Source of the DNA: Acidobacteriota bacterium
GTDB taxonomy: Bacteria; Acidobacteriota; Thermoanaerobaculia; Gp7-AA8
DNA length: 64,000 nt
Direction: 5' to 3'
Assembly (NCBI GenBank): GCA_019244185.1
Contig: JAFATB010000014.1
Coordinates: 1-64,000 of the forward strand
The notes under the pieces were generated by a model. The model ran no database searches. It was not told where the DNA came from and saw nothing but the letters and a program-made list of their open reading frames with translations. Positions 51,976 to 63,600 of the stretch are shown one piece after another. How positions within the stretch are numbered: position 1 is the stretch's first letter; each line of letters opens with the position of its first letter. Both the position numbers and the translations under genes were made by a program.

Positions 51976-52869
51976 TTGCCAGTCAAAGGCGTGCTGTTTC
52001 TGAATCGTTCATCGGGCGCGAAACTGCCGCCTGCCGAGGCCGAGGCGCTGCGCGCGGCGGCCGGGGAGGCGAACGTCGACGTGATCGCGCTCGCGCCGGA
52101 CGTCGACATCCCGCGCACGATCCGCGAGCACCTCGCCCGCGGCACGCGTCTCTTCATCGCCGCGGGCGGCGACGGCACCGTGCACCACGTCCTGCAGCCG
52201 CTCGTGAACACGGAGGCGTGTCTGGCCGTGCTGCCGATCGGCACGTACAACCACTTCGCGCGCGATCTCGACATCCCGCTCGACTGGCGCGCCGCGCTGG
52301 AGGTCGCGCTGACCGGCGACAAGCGCCAGATCGACGCCGCGCGCGTGAACGACCGCTACTTCGTCAACAACCTGTCCATCGGTCTCTATCCCGAGCTCGT
52401 GGCGCGGCGCGAGGAGCGCGGCCGCGATTACCCGCGCTGGAAGGCGCGCCTGTGGGCGGCGTACGTCACGCTGCGCAAGTATCCGCATGTCACGGCGACG
52501 CTCGAGTCCGAGCACCATCACGAGGTCCTGCGCACGCACGTCTTCATCGTGTCGAACAACTCGTACGACCTCTCGCGGGCCGGAATCGAAGCGCCGCGCT
52601 CGACGCTCAGCGAGGGACGCCTCTCGGTCTACTGGCTGCCGCACGTGCCGCGGCTGCGCCTCACGCGCTACATCGCGCGCTACCTCGCGGGACGCGTGCA
52701 CCAGGCGCCCGGCTTCCGCTCGTTCCGCACCACGCGCATGCGTTTGCAGTCGTCGCGCAAGAAACTCTCGGTCGGACTCGACGGCGAGCTGTTCGTGCTC
52801 GACACGCCGCTCGTCATCACCAGCGTGCCGCAGTCGCTCCTTGTCAAAGTCCCGCGTGAGGGATACTGA
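51976..52869 (+). CDS. Diacylglycerol-kinase-like (YegS/BmrU family) lipid kinase
   Basis: FLNRSSG, AAGGDGT, LPIGTYNHFARDL, LDGE. Confidence 0.9.
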   Translation: MPVKGVLFLNRSSGAKLPPAEAEALRAAAGEANVDVIALAPDVDIPRTIREHLARGTRLFIAAGGDGTVHHVLQPLVNTEACLAVLPIGTYNHFARDLDIPLDWRAALEVALTGDKRQIDAARVNDRYFVNNLSIGLYPELVARREERGRDYPRWKARLWAAYVTLRKYPHVTATLESEHHHEVLRTHVFIVSNNSYDLSRAGIEAPRSTLSEGRLSVYWLPHVPRLRLTRYIARYLAGRVHQAPGFRSFRTTRMRLQSSRKKLSVGLDGELFVLDTPLVITSVPQSLLVKVPREGY

Positions 52870-52874
52870 GCGCG

Positions 52875-54617
52875 ATGCCGGGCATCTTCGACACCGTGGT
52901 CGATCCGCGCGTGCAGTCGCTCTTGCGCCGCGAGCAGCGGCTGCTCGTCGAACTGCGCGAGACGCTCGAACGCGAACAGGGCGACGAACGGCGGCGCGTC
53001 GAGGAACTGCTGGCGACGCTCGAGGATCTCTTCACGATCGTGATCGTCGGCGAGTTCAACGCCGGCAAGTCGTCGCTGATCAACGCGCTCTTCGGCGCGA
53101 AGCTGCGCGTCGAAGGTCCGATCCCCGTCGATGACGTGATCTCGATCCTCCGCTACGGCGAACAGGCTTCGCAGAAGCGCATTTCGGATTACGTGACCGA
53201 GCAGTTCTATCCGGTCGATTTCCTGCGCAACATCACGCTCGTCGACACGCCGGGCACGAACTCGATCGTGCAGCGGCATCAGGAGATCACCGAGGATTTC
53301 ATCCCGCGCGCGGATCTCGTGCTGTTCGTAACGTCGATCGATCGGCCGCTCTCCGAGTCGGAGCGCCGCTTCCTCGAATACATCCGCGAGTGGGGGAAGA
53401 AGGTCGTCTTCGTGTTGAACAAGGTCGACACGAAATCGGACGACGAGATCGCGCAGGTGCTCGACTACCTGAAGACCAACACGCGCGCGATCTTCGGCTT
53501 CGATCCGACGATCTATCCGACCGCGGCGAAGCTCGCGCTCGAGGCGAAGCTCGGCAACGCGCCGCCGCGCGACTGGACGCGCAGCCGCTTCGAGGCGCTC
53601 GAGGACTACATCTTTCAGGTGCTCTCCGAAAAAGAACGCGTGCGCCTCAAGCTCGCCGCGCCGCTGGAGACGATCCTCAGCCTCTCGCGCAAGCAGTTCC
53701 GCATGATCGAGTCGCGGCGTGAAGTGCTCGCCGCCGATCAGGCGCGCATCACGTCGATCAACGACCAGCTCGAACGCGCGCGCGCCGATCTGCAGTCGAA
53801 CTTCCGCCAGTTCGTCATCCGCATCGACAACCTGATGATGGACCTCGAGCGCCGCGGCATCGACTTCCTCGAACGCTACGTCCGCATCCAGCACGTGATG
53901 ATGCTGCGCGACGCGCTGCGCTTCCGCGAGGAGTTCGATCGCCAGGTCTTCGCCGGCTGGAAAGGCAACATCGACGCGACCATTCAGGAAGCGGTCGACT
54001 GGATCGTGCGCGAGAACATGAAGCTCTGGTCCGGCACCGTCGAGGCGTTTCATCGCCGCGCCGAATCCGACGCGCGCAACGAGGAGATCGTCGGCCGCGT
54101 CGGACGGGAGTTCGCGTACAACCGCGAAGAGGTCTACGCGCGCATGCGCACGAACGCGGAGCAGCGCCTCGCCGCGTACGACGTGAACGTCGAATCGCGC
54201 CGCATCATCGACAACGCGATGCGCGCCGTCCTCCACTCCTTCGGCCTCGGCGCCGGCGCGCTCGGACTCGGCTATCTCCTCACGACCGCCGTCAGCAGCA
54301 CCGCCGTCGACGTCACCGGCCTCACCGCCGCGACGATGCTGCTCGTCACGAGCTTCCTCATCCTTCCGTACAAGCGTAGCAAGGCGAAGGACGAGTTCCG
54401 CCGCCGTATCGAGGAACTGCGCACGCAACTGCAGGAGTCGCTCGACCGCGAGTCGAGCACCGAGATCGACCGCATGCTCCGCTCGATCACGTCCGCGTTC
54501 GAGCCGTATCAGCGCTTCTACGCCGCGGAGTCCGAAAAGATCGAACGCTTCGCCGCGAAGCTGACGTCGATCGACGGCGAGGCGCGCGCGATCACGGGCG
54601 AGATCGAGAAGCTCTGA
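52875..54617 (+). CDS. Bacterial dynamin-like GTPase
   Basis: G1 GEFNAGKSS, G3 DTPG, G4 NKVD; long helical stalk with a hydrophobic hairpin near the C-terminus. Confidence 0.9.
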   Translation: MPGIFDTVVDPRVQSLLRREQRLLVELRETLEREQGDERRRVEELLATLEDLFTIVIVGEFNAGKSSLINALFGAKLRVEGPIPVDDVISILRYGEQASQKRISDYVTEQFYPVDFLRNITLVDTPGTNSIVQRHQEITEDFIPRADLVLFVTSIDRPLSESERRFLEYIREWGKKVVFVLNKVDTKSDDEIAQVLDYLKTNTRAIFGFDPTIYPTAAKLALEAKLGNAPPRDWTRSRFEALEDYIFQVLSEKERVRLKLAAPLETILSLSRKQFRMIESRREVLAADQARITSINDQLERARADLQSNFRQFVIRIDNLMMDLERRGIDFLERYVRIQHVMMLRDALRFREEFDRQVFAGWKGNIDATIQEAVDWIVRENMKLWSGTVEAFHRRAESDARNEEIVGRVGREFAYNREEVYARMRTNAEQRLAAYDVNVESRRIIDNAMRAVLHSFGLGAGALGLGYLLTTAVSSTAVDVTGLTAATMLLVTSFLILPYKRSKAKDEFRRRIEELRTQLQESLDRESSTEIDRMLRSITSAFEPYQRFYAAESEKIERFAAKLTSIDGEARAITGEIEKL

Positions 54618-54623
54618 GCGCGC

Positions 54624-57545
54624 TCACGTCTGCGCGATCGCATCGTCGGACAACACAAAGGAGCTCTGCGCGAGATCGGCACCCGGCTCGAGCAGATCGG
54701 GGAAGACGATGCCGGGGAGCACCTGGATGTCGAAGATCTCCTGCACCGAGCCTTCGAAGCGCACGAACGCCACGATCGCGCCGCTGCGGACATCGATCGC
54801 CCAGATGCCGCAGGAGCGCTCGTCCGCGCGCAGCCGCTCGCCGAGAGGGATGTTGTCGAAGACGCGCTCGCGCACCTGCGAGAGTCCGACGAACGCGATC
54901 GGTCCCGCGAACGCGAGTCCGCGCGTGAAGCCGGGAAGCTGGGCGATGGTCTCGCGCCGTCCGCTGCGCAGGTCGAGCGTGGCAAGCGTGCCGGCGGCGC
55001 TCTCGAGGATGTAGGCCTGTCCGTTGTAGAGGCGGGGCGAGTGCGGCATCGCGAGTCCCGTCGCCACGAGCTCGCCCGTCGGGATGTCAATGACGATGCC
55101 GCCGCTCGCTTTCCGCTCGCGCCAGCCTTCGGCGGTGTCGGTGGCGCCGAGGGCGGTGGCGTAGCGCGGCACACCATCGACGATCGCGAGGCCGTTGAGG
55201 TGGCAGCGGTCCTCCGCGGCGAGCTTGCTGATGAACGGCGGACGCCAGCGCGGCAGGAAGCTGTGCTCGGAGTCGAGCGTGCAGAGCGCGGAGAAGCGCG
55301 TGTTCACGAGCCACAGCTCGCCGTCGTCCGCGAAGGCCAGCTCGTGCACGCGGATGTCGCCGGTGACGTGCATGTTGCGCGGGAGGAAGCACGCGTCGTG
55401 ACGCGCGGGATGCAGGCGCGCCGCGGCGCTCGGGACGTTGCGGTAGTCCCAGATTTCACCGAGCGTTCCGATCGCGAGGCGAGTGCCGTCGAAGGCGAGT
55501 CCCATCGGGCTCGCGAAAAAACGGAAGTGCGTGTTCAGCCGCTCGCCGTCGGCGCGCAGCAGCACGACGCGGCCGCTCTGATACGTCGAGACCGCGAGCG
55601 AGATGCGCAGCTCCGCGAGCAAGCGCGGGAAGTTCGTCGTGTGCACGCTGCGGAAGTCGGTCGCGTTTTGCGGCGGCGCATCGGCCGACGTTGGATTCGC
55701 GGCCGGCGCGCGCGCCGCCGATGCGGGCATCGTGCGCTGCCGCGGCGCGGACGCGAAGAGATCGCGCGCACGCGCCGCCGCTGGCTCGATGAGCGGCAAG
55801 AGTGGCGCGAGCTCCGTCGCATTGCGCTGCCACTTCGCGGCATCCGGCGGCGTCAGCGTGTGCCGCGACGGCGGGAGCGGCGCCGTGAGCGTGCGGTCCC
55901 AGCGCAGCCCGACGTAGTCGCAGAGCCGCTCCATCGTTTCCTGCGGCTGCTCGATCAGCGCGTCGTAACTCGCCACGCACCACGATTCCGGCGGCAGCAT
56001 TTCCAGATCGTCGAGCACGACCGTCGTCGCCGCGATCCACTGCCGCGCGACGACCTCCGCCAGCGGCCGGCCGATCGTGTCGCGCCAACCCGGCGTCAGC
56101 AGCAGCGACCACGGTTGTCCTTCCCATCCCGGCAAGTCGGGATACGTGATGAAGCGTCCCGATCGCCACGCGTCGAGCATGCTGCTGATCGTCGCCCGCT
56201 CGTCGCGGTAGAGATAGATGAAGAACGCGTCGGCGAAGAGCGCGCGCAGAAACGGGATGCGCAGCGCGTTCTTCGGCGTCTTCTCGAGAAAGCGGAAGCG
56301 ATGCGTCGCCGGCGCGCGCCCGTCGCGGTCGACGGCAGCGGAGGCGAAGCGCGCACGCAAATCGTCCGCGACGGATTCGCTCGCATCGGGCGCCGTCAGC
56401 CGGTTCGACTCCCAGCCGTGCGCGGCGGGATGCAGCGCGCCGATGCCTTCGATGAGCGCGTGACTCTCGCCGCCGATGGTCATCACCTCCGGCGCCTGCG
56501 CGAGCGTTTCGAAGAGCAGCGACGATCCGGAGCGCGGCGACGAGACGATGAAGATCGGACGATCGAATGCGTTGCGGCTGCGCGCGATCGACGGCGCCGT
56601 GCGGCGCGCGAGATCGGTGTTGAGCGCGGGACGGAGCAGGATCTGCTGCACGGCCTGCGCGGCATCGATGCCGTTCGGCAGCATCCACGCGCCGAGGTGC
56701 CGCGCGATGCGCTGCTCGGTCAGCTCGAGCAGTTCGGCGTACGCGCGCCAGCCGCGCGGCGCCGCCTCGTGCATGCGCCAGAGCGACTGCCACGCGTCGA
56801 GGAAGCGCACGACCTCGTCGCGCAGCGCGCGTCCGGCGGCGCTCGCGTCGAGATCGGCGGCGAAGATCTCGAAGAGCGCATGTTGTTCCGCCGGCGCCAT
56901 CACCACCGGGAAGTTGTGGACTTCCATGCGCGGCTCCGCGGATCGCGCTTCATCGAATGCGATCGTGGTTGCCTCGGGCGCAGGCGCGCCGGAAAACGGA
57001 TCCCAGCCTTCGTCGATGAGCGCGCGCAGGCGCGGCGAGCCGGCCGTGTCCGCGACGAGATGAATGCGCCGCGTCGGATTCGGATTGATGACGTTGTGCA
57101 GGCGCCACGTATCGAAGATCCACGTCTCGCCGGGCGCCATGTGCAGCTCGCGGTCGCCGCAGAGAAAGCGCACCGCGGGATCGGTGACGATCGGCACGTG
57201 CACGCGCACGCGCGTCTGCCAGTAGTAGTTCACGTCCACATGCGCGGTCGCCTCGGCATTGCCGTCGATGCGCATCAGCCGCGTGCGTCCGATCGGCGCC
57301 TCGAATGCGGCGAGCAACTGCCGCAGCGCCGAACAACGCGCCAGGTGCGGCGTCGCGCGCATCTCGCCCTTCACGCCATCGTCGTTGGGATCGCCTCCGA
57401 CCGCGATCAGCGGCAGCGCGAAATTGCCGGGATGACCTTCGGGATGCGGACGCCAGTCCGACTCGGCGAACGCGGACACCTCCGCCGCCAGTCGCGCCGC
57501 GTCGAAGTGCAGGGGAAGTCGAAGGAATTCAATGGGTAACCGCAT
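54624..57545 (-). CDS. Triple fusion: Asp/Asn beta-hydroxylase + PAPS sulfotransferase + TIGR03032/DUF4915 domain
   Basis: HVD...RVHVPI...WIFDTWRLH...RIHLVAD; FIVSSPRSGSSLL, LEKTPKN, YRDERATISS; TGDIRVHEL, VNTRFS.LC, EDRCHLNGLA, MPHSPR, PGFTRGL. Start probably ATG 57545. Confidence 0.88.
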   Translation of the reverse strand: MRLPIEFLRLPLHFDAARLAAEVSAFAESDWRPHPEGHPGNFALPLIAVGGDPNDDGVKGEMRATPHLARCSALRQLLAAFEAPIGRTRLMRIDGNAEATAHVDVNYYWQTRVRVHVPIVTDPAVRFLCGDRELHMAPGETWIFDTWRLHNVINPNPTRRIHLVADTAGSPRLRALIDEGWDPFSGAPAPEATTIAFDEARSAEPRMEVHNFPVVMAPAEQHALFEIFAADLDASAAGRALRDEVVRFLDAWQSLWRMHEAAPRGWRAYAELLELTEQRIARHLGAWMLPNGIDAAQAVQQILLRPALNTDLARRTAPSIARSRNAFDRPIFIVSSPRSGSSLLFETLAQAPEVMTIGGESHALIEGIGALHPAAHGWESNRLTAPDASESVADDLRARFASAAVDRDGRAPATHRFRFLEKTPKNALRIPFLRALFADAFFIYLYRDERATISSMLDAWRSGRFITYPDLPGWEGQPWSLLLTPGWRDTIGRPLAEVVARQWIAATTVVLDDLEMLPPESWCVASYDALIEQPQETMERLCDYVGLRWDRTLTAPLPPSRHTLTPPDAAKWQRNATELAPLLPLIEPAAARARDLFASAPRQRTMPASAARAPAANPTSADAPPQNATDFRSVHTTNFPRLLAELRISLAVSTYQSGRVVLLRADGERLNTHFRFFASPMGLAFDGTRLAIGTLGEIWDYRNVPSAAARLHPARHDACFLPRNMHVTGDIRVHELAFADDGELWLVNTRFSALCTLDSEHSFLPRWRPPFISKLAAEDRCHLNGLAIVDGVPRYATALGATDTAEGWRERKASGGIVIDIPTGELVATGLAMPHSPRLYNGQAYILESAAGTLATLDLRSGRRETIAQLPGFTRGLAFAGPIAFVGLSQVRERVFDNIPLGERLRADERSCGIWAIDVRSGAIVAFVRFEGSVQEIFDIQVLPGIVFPDLLEPGADLAQSSFVLSDDAIAQT

Positions 57546-57629
57546 AGCTCCGGCAAAAAGCATCGACAGGCGGGGGTTCCGCTCCGATAATCCCATAGTT
57601 TCCAACTTTGGCCGAAACGGAGACCTTCC

Positions 57630-60600
57630 CTGAAACCTCGTGACCAACGCCCTTCCTCGCAGTTCGACCGGCGATCTGCGGAGATCGGCGCGCGACGCTC
57701 GGTGCTCCGTGACTCGAAGCCGTCAGGGTCCCTCGCCGCCGCGATCGCCGCCGGCGCCGTGACGCTCACCGCCGCCGGCGCACAGGCGGCGACCATCACC
57801 GTCAACTCGATTGCGGACAACACGACCGCCGGCGATGCGCAATGCACGCTGCGCGAGGCGCTCGCGAACGCGAATGCGAACGCCGACACGACCGGCGGCG
57901 ACTGCGTGGCGGGCAGCGGCGCCGACACGATCAACCTGACCGCGCTCGCGGGCACGATCACCCTCGGCGGCACGCAGCTGACGATCAGCGATTCGACGAC
58001 GCTCACCGGTCCCGGCGCCTCCACGCTGACCATCGACGCGGCGAGCAACTCCCGCGTCTTCTACATCTACAACAACGCAACCGCGCTCACCGTATCGATC
58101 AGCGGACTCACGGCGACGCGCGGCCGAGGGGCGACCGGCGGCAACATCGTCGCGAAGGGCGAGATCGTCACGCTGAACGGCGTCACCTTGAGCGGTGGTG
58201 TGGCGGCGACGGCGGGCGGCGGCGTCGCCAATGTCGGCGGATCGCTCACCGTTCGCTCGAGCACGATCAGCGGGAACACCGTCCAGGGCGTCGTTGGCGG
58301 CGCCGCGATCTACAACGTCGGCGGAGCGCTGACCGTCGACACGTCCGTGATCACGTCGAACTCCGCGAGCTCCCTCGCGGCGCGCGCTGGTGCGATCGCC
58401 ATCCTGTCGACCACCCAGCCCGCCAGCATCACCAATACGCAGATCACGAACAACACGAGCGTCGCAAAGGGCGCCGCCTTCGGCGTGAAAACGACGGCCG
58501 CGGGCGGAACGCTCACCATCGATCACAGCGTCATCACCGGAAACACGGCCACCGGCCGTGGCGGTGCGTTCTTCCTTTATCGGAGCGGCGGCGCGATCAC
58601 GCTGTCGCACGATCAGATCAACAACAACACGACCCAGAACCGCGGCGGCGCGATCTTTCTCTACAACGCCAGCGCGAACGTCACCATCAGCGACACCACG
58701 ATCTCCGGAAACACCGCGCCGACCGCGGCTGGAAACGGCGGAGGCATCTTCTTTTACAAAGGCAGCGCCGGCACGAAACTGTCGATCCAGCGCAGCACCA
58801 TCAGCGGCAACTCGGTGAATCGCGCCGGTGGCGGCATCTTCTTTTACAAAGGCAGCGCACAGCTGGAGATCGAAGACTCCACGATTGCCAACAACACCGC
58901 CGGCACGACCGGTGGCGGCATTTTCGACAGGGGGCCTTTCGGCGGGACCGCGTCGATCGCAATCGGTGAGTCGACCATCACCGGCAACAGCGCGGGCACG
59001 AGCGGCGGGAATCTGAGCGTCACCGCGGTTCCGATGACGATCGACAACACGATCGTCGCCAACGGCACGGCGCCGGCGAGCCCGGACATGGCCAGCGGCG
59101 CCTCCAACGTAACCATGAACTACTCGCTGCTCGAGAACACCTCGGGTGCGACGTTCACCGGAACGGGCAATATCACCGGCGTCGATCCCAGTCTCGGACC
59201 GCTGCAGGACAACGGCGGCCCGACGTTCACCCAACGGCCGAACATCGGCAGCCCGGTGCTCGACGCCGGCGATCCGTCCTTCACGCCGCCGCCCAGCACC
59301 GACCAGCGCGGTCTGCAGCGCGTCTACAACGGACGCATCGACATCGGCTCGCTCGAGCAGGGAGCGATGAGCTCCATCTCGTTCTCCACTGCCGGCGCGA
59401 CGATCTCCGAGGGTGCGGGGTCGGTGACGGTCACGGTGAATCGCGGCAGTGGCGAAGGCACGGCAAGCGTCAACTACTCGACGAGCAACGGCACGGCGCA
59501 AGCGGGCGCCGATTACACGGCCACCTCCGGCACGCTGACGTGGGGATCCGGCGACTTCACACCGAAGTCGTTCACGATTCCGATCCTCGAAGAAGCGATC
59601 TTCGAAGGGAACGAGTTCTTCAACGTGACGCTCAGTGCGCCGTCGAACGCGACGCTCGCGGCACCGGCGGCGGAGACGGTGACGATCGCGGACAACGATC
59701 CGCAGCCTGCGCTCTCCATCAACGGCGTCTCGCAGGCGGAAGGGAACTCCGGCACGACGAGCTTCCCGTTCGTGGTCTCGCTGTCGAATCCGTCCGCGCA
59801 GACGGTGACGGTGAACTACACGACCGTGAACGGCACGGCCATCGCCGGCAGCGACTACACCGCGCAGAGCGGCACGCTCACGTTCGCGCCCGGCACCACC
59901 GTCCAAACCATTCCGGTCTCCGTCCTCGGCGATGCGCTCAATGAGGCGAGCGAGACATTCACCGTGACGCTCTCCTCCCCGACGAACGCCACCATCGCGA
60001 CGACCACCGGCACGGGCACGATCGGCAACGACGATCCGCAGCCGTCGCTGTCGATCGGCAGCGTTGCGAAAGCCGAGGGAAACAGCGGCAGTACGAGCTT
60101 CGTGTTTCCGGTCACGCTCTCCGCGCCGAGCGGGCAGACGGTGACGGTCGCGTACGCGACGGCGAGCGGCAGCGCGACCGCGGGCAGCGACTACACGACC
60201 ACCAGCGGCACGCTCACGTTCACGCCGGGCACGACGGCGCAGAACATCACCGTGCCGGTGACCGGCGACACGACGAACGAGACGAACGAAACGTTCACCG
60301 TGACGCTGTCCGCGCCGACGAACGCCACCATCGGCACCGCCACCGGCACAGGCACGATCGACAACGACGACGCTGCTCCGGCGGTGTCGGTCGGCGACGT
60401 CACGCAGGCCGAGGGAAACAGCGGCAGCACGAGCTTCGTCTTTCCGGTGACGCTGTCCGCGGCCAGCGAGCAGACTGTGACCGTCAACTACTTGACTTCC
60501 GACGGCAGCGCCGTCGCGGGCAGCGACTACACCGCGGCCAGCGGCACGGTCACGTTCGCGCCGGGCGTGACGTCGCAGTCGATCTCCGTGGCGGTCGTCG

Positions 60601-63600
60601 GCGACACGACCAAAGAGCCGAGCGAGACGTTCACCGTGACGCTCAGCGCGCCGTCGAATGCGATGCTCGGCACCGCGTCCGCGACCGGCACGATCGTCGA
60701 CGACGACAGCGCGCCGGTGCTCGCGATCGGCAACGTCTCGCAGGCCGAAGGCAACAGCGGCACGACGACATTCTCGTTCCCGGTCACGCTCTCCGCGCCG
60801 AGCGGACAGACGGTCACCGTGAGCTACGCCACCGCGAACGGCAGCGCCGTCGCCGGCAGCGACTACGGTGCGACCAGCGGCACGCTCACGTTCGCGCCGG
60901 GCGTGACGTCGCAGACCGTGAACGTGCCGGTCACCGGCGATCTCACGAACGAGGCCGACGAGACGTTCACGGTGACGTTGTCGTCATCGACGAACGCGGC
61001 CATCGCAACGGCCACCGGCACCGGCACGATCGTGAACGACGACGCGCCGCCGCTGCTGTCGATCGACGACGCCTCGCAACCGGAAGGCAACAGCGGCTCG
61101 GCGAGCATGCCGTTCGCGGTGACGCTCTCGACGCCGAGCGAGCAGTCGATCACGGTCAACTACACGACGTCCAACGGCAGCGCGGTCGCCGGCAGCGACT
61201 ACACGGCCACGAGCGGCACGCTGACGTTCGCTCCCGGCGCGACGGTGCAATCGATCAATGTCCCGATCAGCGGCGACACGACGGCGGAGACGAACGAGAC
61301 GTTCACGGTGACGCTGAGCGCGCCGTCGAATGCGGCCATCGGCGACGGCAACGCGACCGGCACCATCGTGAACGACGACTCCGGTCCCGTCGTCTCGATC
61401 AGCGGCGTCTCGCAGGCGGAGGGGAGCGGCGGGACGTCCGCGTTCACGTTCAACGTGACGCTGTCGCAGGCCAGCGAAGAGACCGTGACCGTCAACTACT
61501 TGACCAGCAACGGCAGCGCGATCGCGGGCAGCGATTACACCGCCGCCAGCGGCACGCTCACGTTCGCACCCGGCGTGACGTCGCAGACGGTCACCGTGAC
61601 GGTCATCGGCGATACGACCAGCGAGCCGGACGAAATGTTCTCGGTCATGCTTTCCGCGCCGGTGAATGCGAGCGTCGGCACCGCGTCCGCGACCGGCACG
61701 ATCGTCGACGACGACACCGCGCCGGTGCTCGTCATCGGCAACGTGTCGCAGTCCGAAGGCACGGGCGGCTCGACCACGTTCACGTTCCCCGTCAGTCTCT
61801 CCGCGCCGAGCGGACAAACCGTCACCGTCCATTACGCGACCGCCGACGGATCCGCGGGCGCAGGCAGCGATTACGGCGCGACGAGCGGCACGCTCACGTT
61901 CGCGCCGGGCGTGACGACGCAGACGGTCGACGTGCCGGTCACCGGCGATGCCACGAACGAAGCGAACGAGACGTTCACGGTGAACCTCTCCGCCTCGACG
62001 AACGCCGCCATCGCCACCGCGACCGGCACCGGCACGATCGTCAACGACGATCCGGTGCCGTCCCTCTCGATCGCGGGGACGGCGCAGGCGGAAGGGAACA
62101 GCGGGCTCACGAACATGCCCTTCGTCGTGACGCTGTCCGCGGCGAGCGAACAGACCGTAACGGTCAACTACTTGACGAACAACGGCAGCGCAATCGCGGG
62201 CAGCGACTACACCGCCACGAGCGGCACGCTCACGTTCGCGCCCGGCGTCACGTCGCAGACGATCGACGTACCGATCGCCGGCGACACCACCTCGGAGACG
62301 GACGAGACCTTCACCGTCACGCTCGGCACGCCGTCGAACGCGGCCATCGCCGTCAGCAGCGCCACCGGCACGATCGTCAACGACGATGCCGGTCCGGTAC
62401 TCTCGATCGACAGCGTCTCGCAGGCCGAAGGCAACAGCGGCACGAGCAACTTCACATTCAACGTCACGCTCTCCGCGCCGAGCGAGCGCACCATCACCGT
62501 GCAGTACGCGACCGCGGACGGCAGCGCGACCGCGGGCAGCGATTATGTCGCGACGAGCGGCACGGTTGCGTTCGCGCCCGGCGTGACCTCGCAGAACGTC
62601 GTCATCGCGGTGAACGGCGACACGGCGAACGAGCCGGCGGAGACGTTCAGCGTCACGCTCTCGTCGCCGGTCAACGCCACGATCGGCACGGCCAGCGGCA
62701 GCGGCACGATCGTCGACGATGACGGCGCGCCGGTGCTCGCGATCGGCAACGTCTCGCAGGCCGAGGGCAACAGCGGCACGACCACGTTCTCGTTCCCGGT
62801 CACGCTCTCCGCGCCGAGCGGCCAGACCGTGACCGTGCAGTACGCGACCGCGAACGGCAGCGCCGTCGCCGGCAGTGACTACGGCGCGACGAGCGGCACG
62901 CTCACGTTCGCGCCCGGCGTGACCTCGCAGAACGTCGATGTGCCGGTCACCGGCGATCTCGCGAACGAAGGCGATGAGACGTTCACGGTGACGCTGTCGT
63001 CGTCGACGAACGCCGCCATCGCCACGACCACGGGAACCGGCACGATCGTCAACGACGACGGCGGTCCCACGGTCACGATCGCCGACGCATCGCAGGCGGA
63101 AGGCGACAGCGGCAGCTCGAATCTCTCGTTCGCGGTGACGCTCTCCGCGCCAAGCGAGCAGACCGTCACCGTCAGCTACGCCACCGCGAACGGCACCGCG
63201 ACCGCCGGCAGCGACTACACCACGACGAGCGGCCTGCTCACGTTCGCGCCCGGCGTGACCGCGCAGACGATCGACGTCCCCGTCATCGGCGACACGAACA
63301 TCGAGCCCGACGAAACGCTCTCGCTGCAACTCTCCGGCGCGACGAACGCGACGATCATCCGCGCGCAGGCGACCGGCACGATTCTCAACGACGACGGCGC
63401 GGTCACGCCCGCGATCTCCGTCAGCGACGTCTCCGTCCTCGAAGGCAGCGCCGGTACCACGCCCGCGACCTTCACCGTGACGCTCAGCGTTCCGACGACG
63501 CAGACGGTGACGGTGCACTACACGACGACGTCGGGCAGCGCGCAGGCGGGCGCCGACTTTGCGCCCACGCAGGGCACGCTCGTCTTCGCGCCCGGTACGA

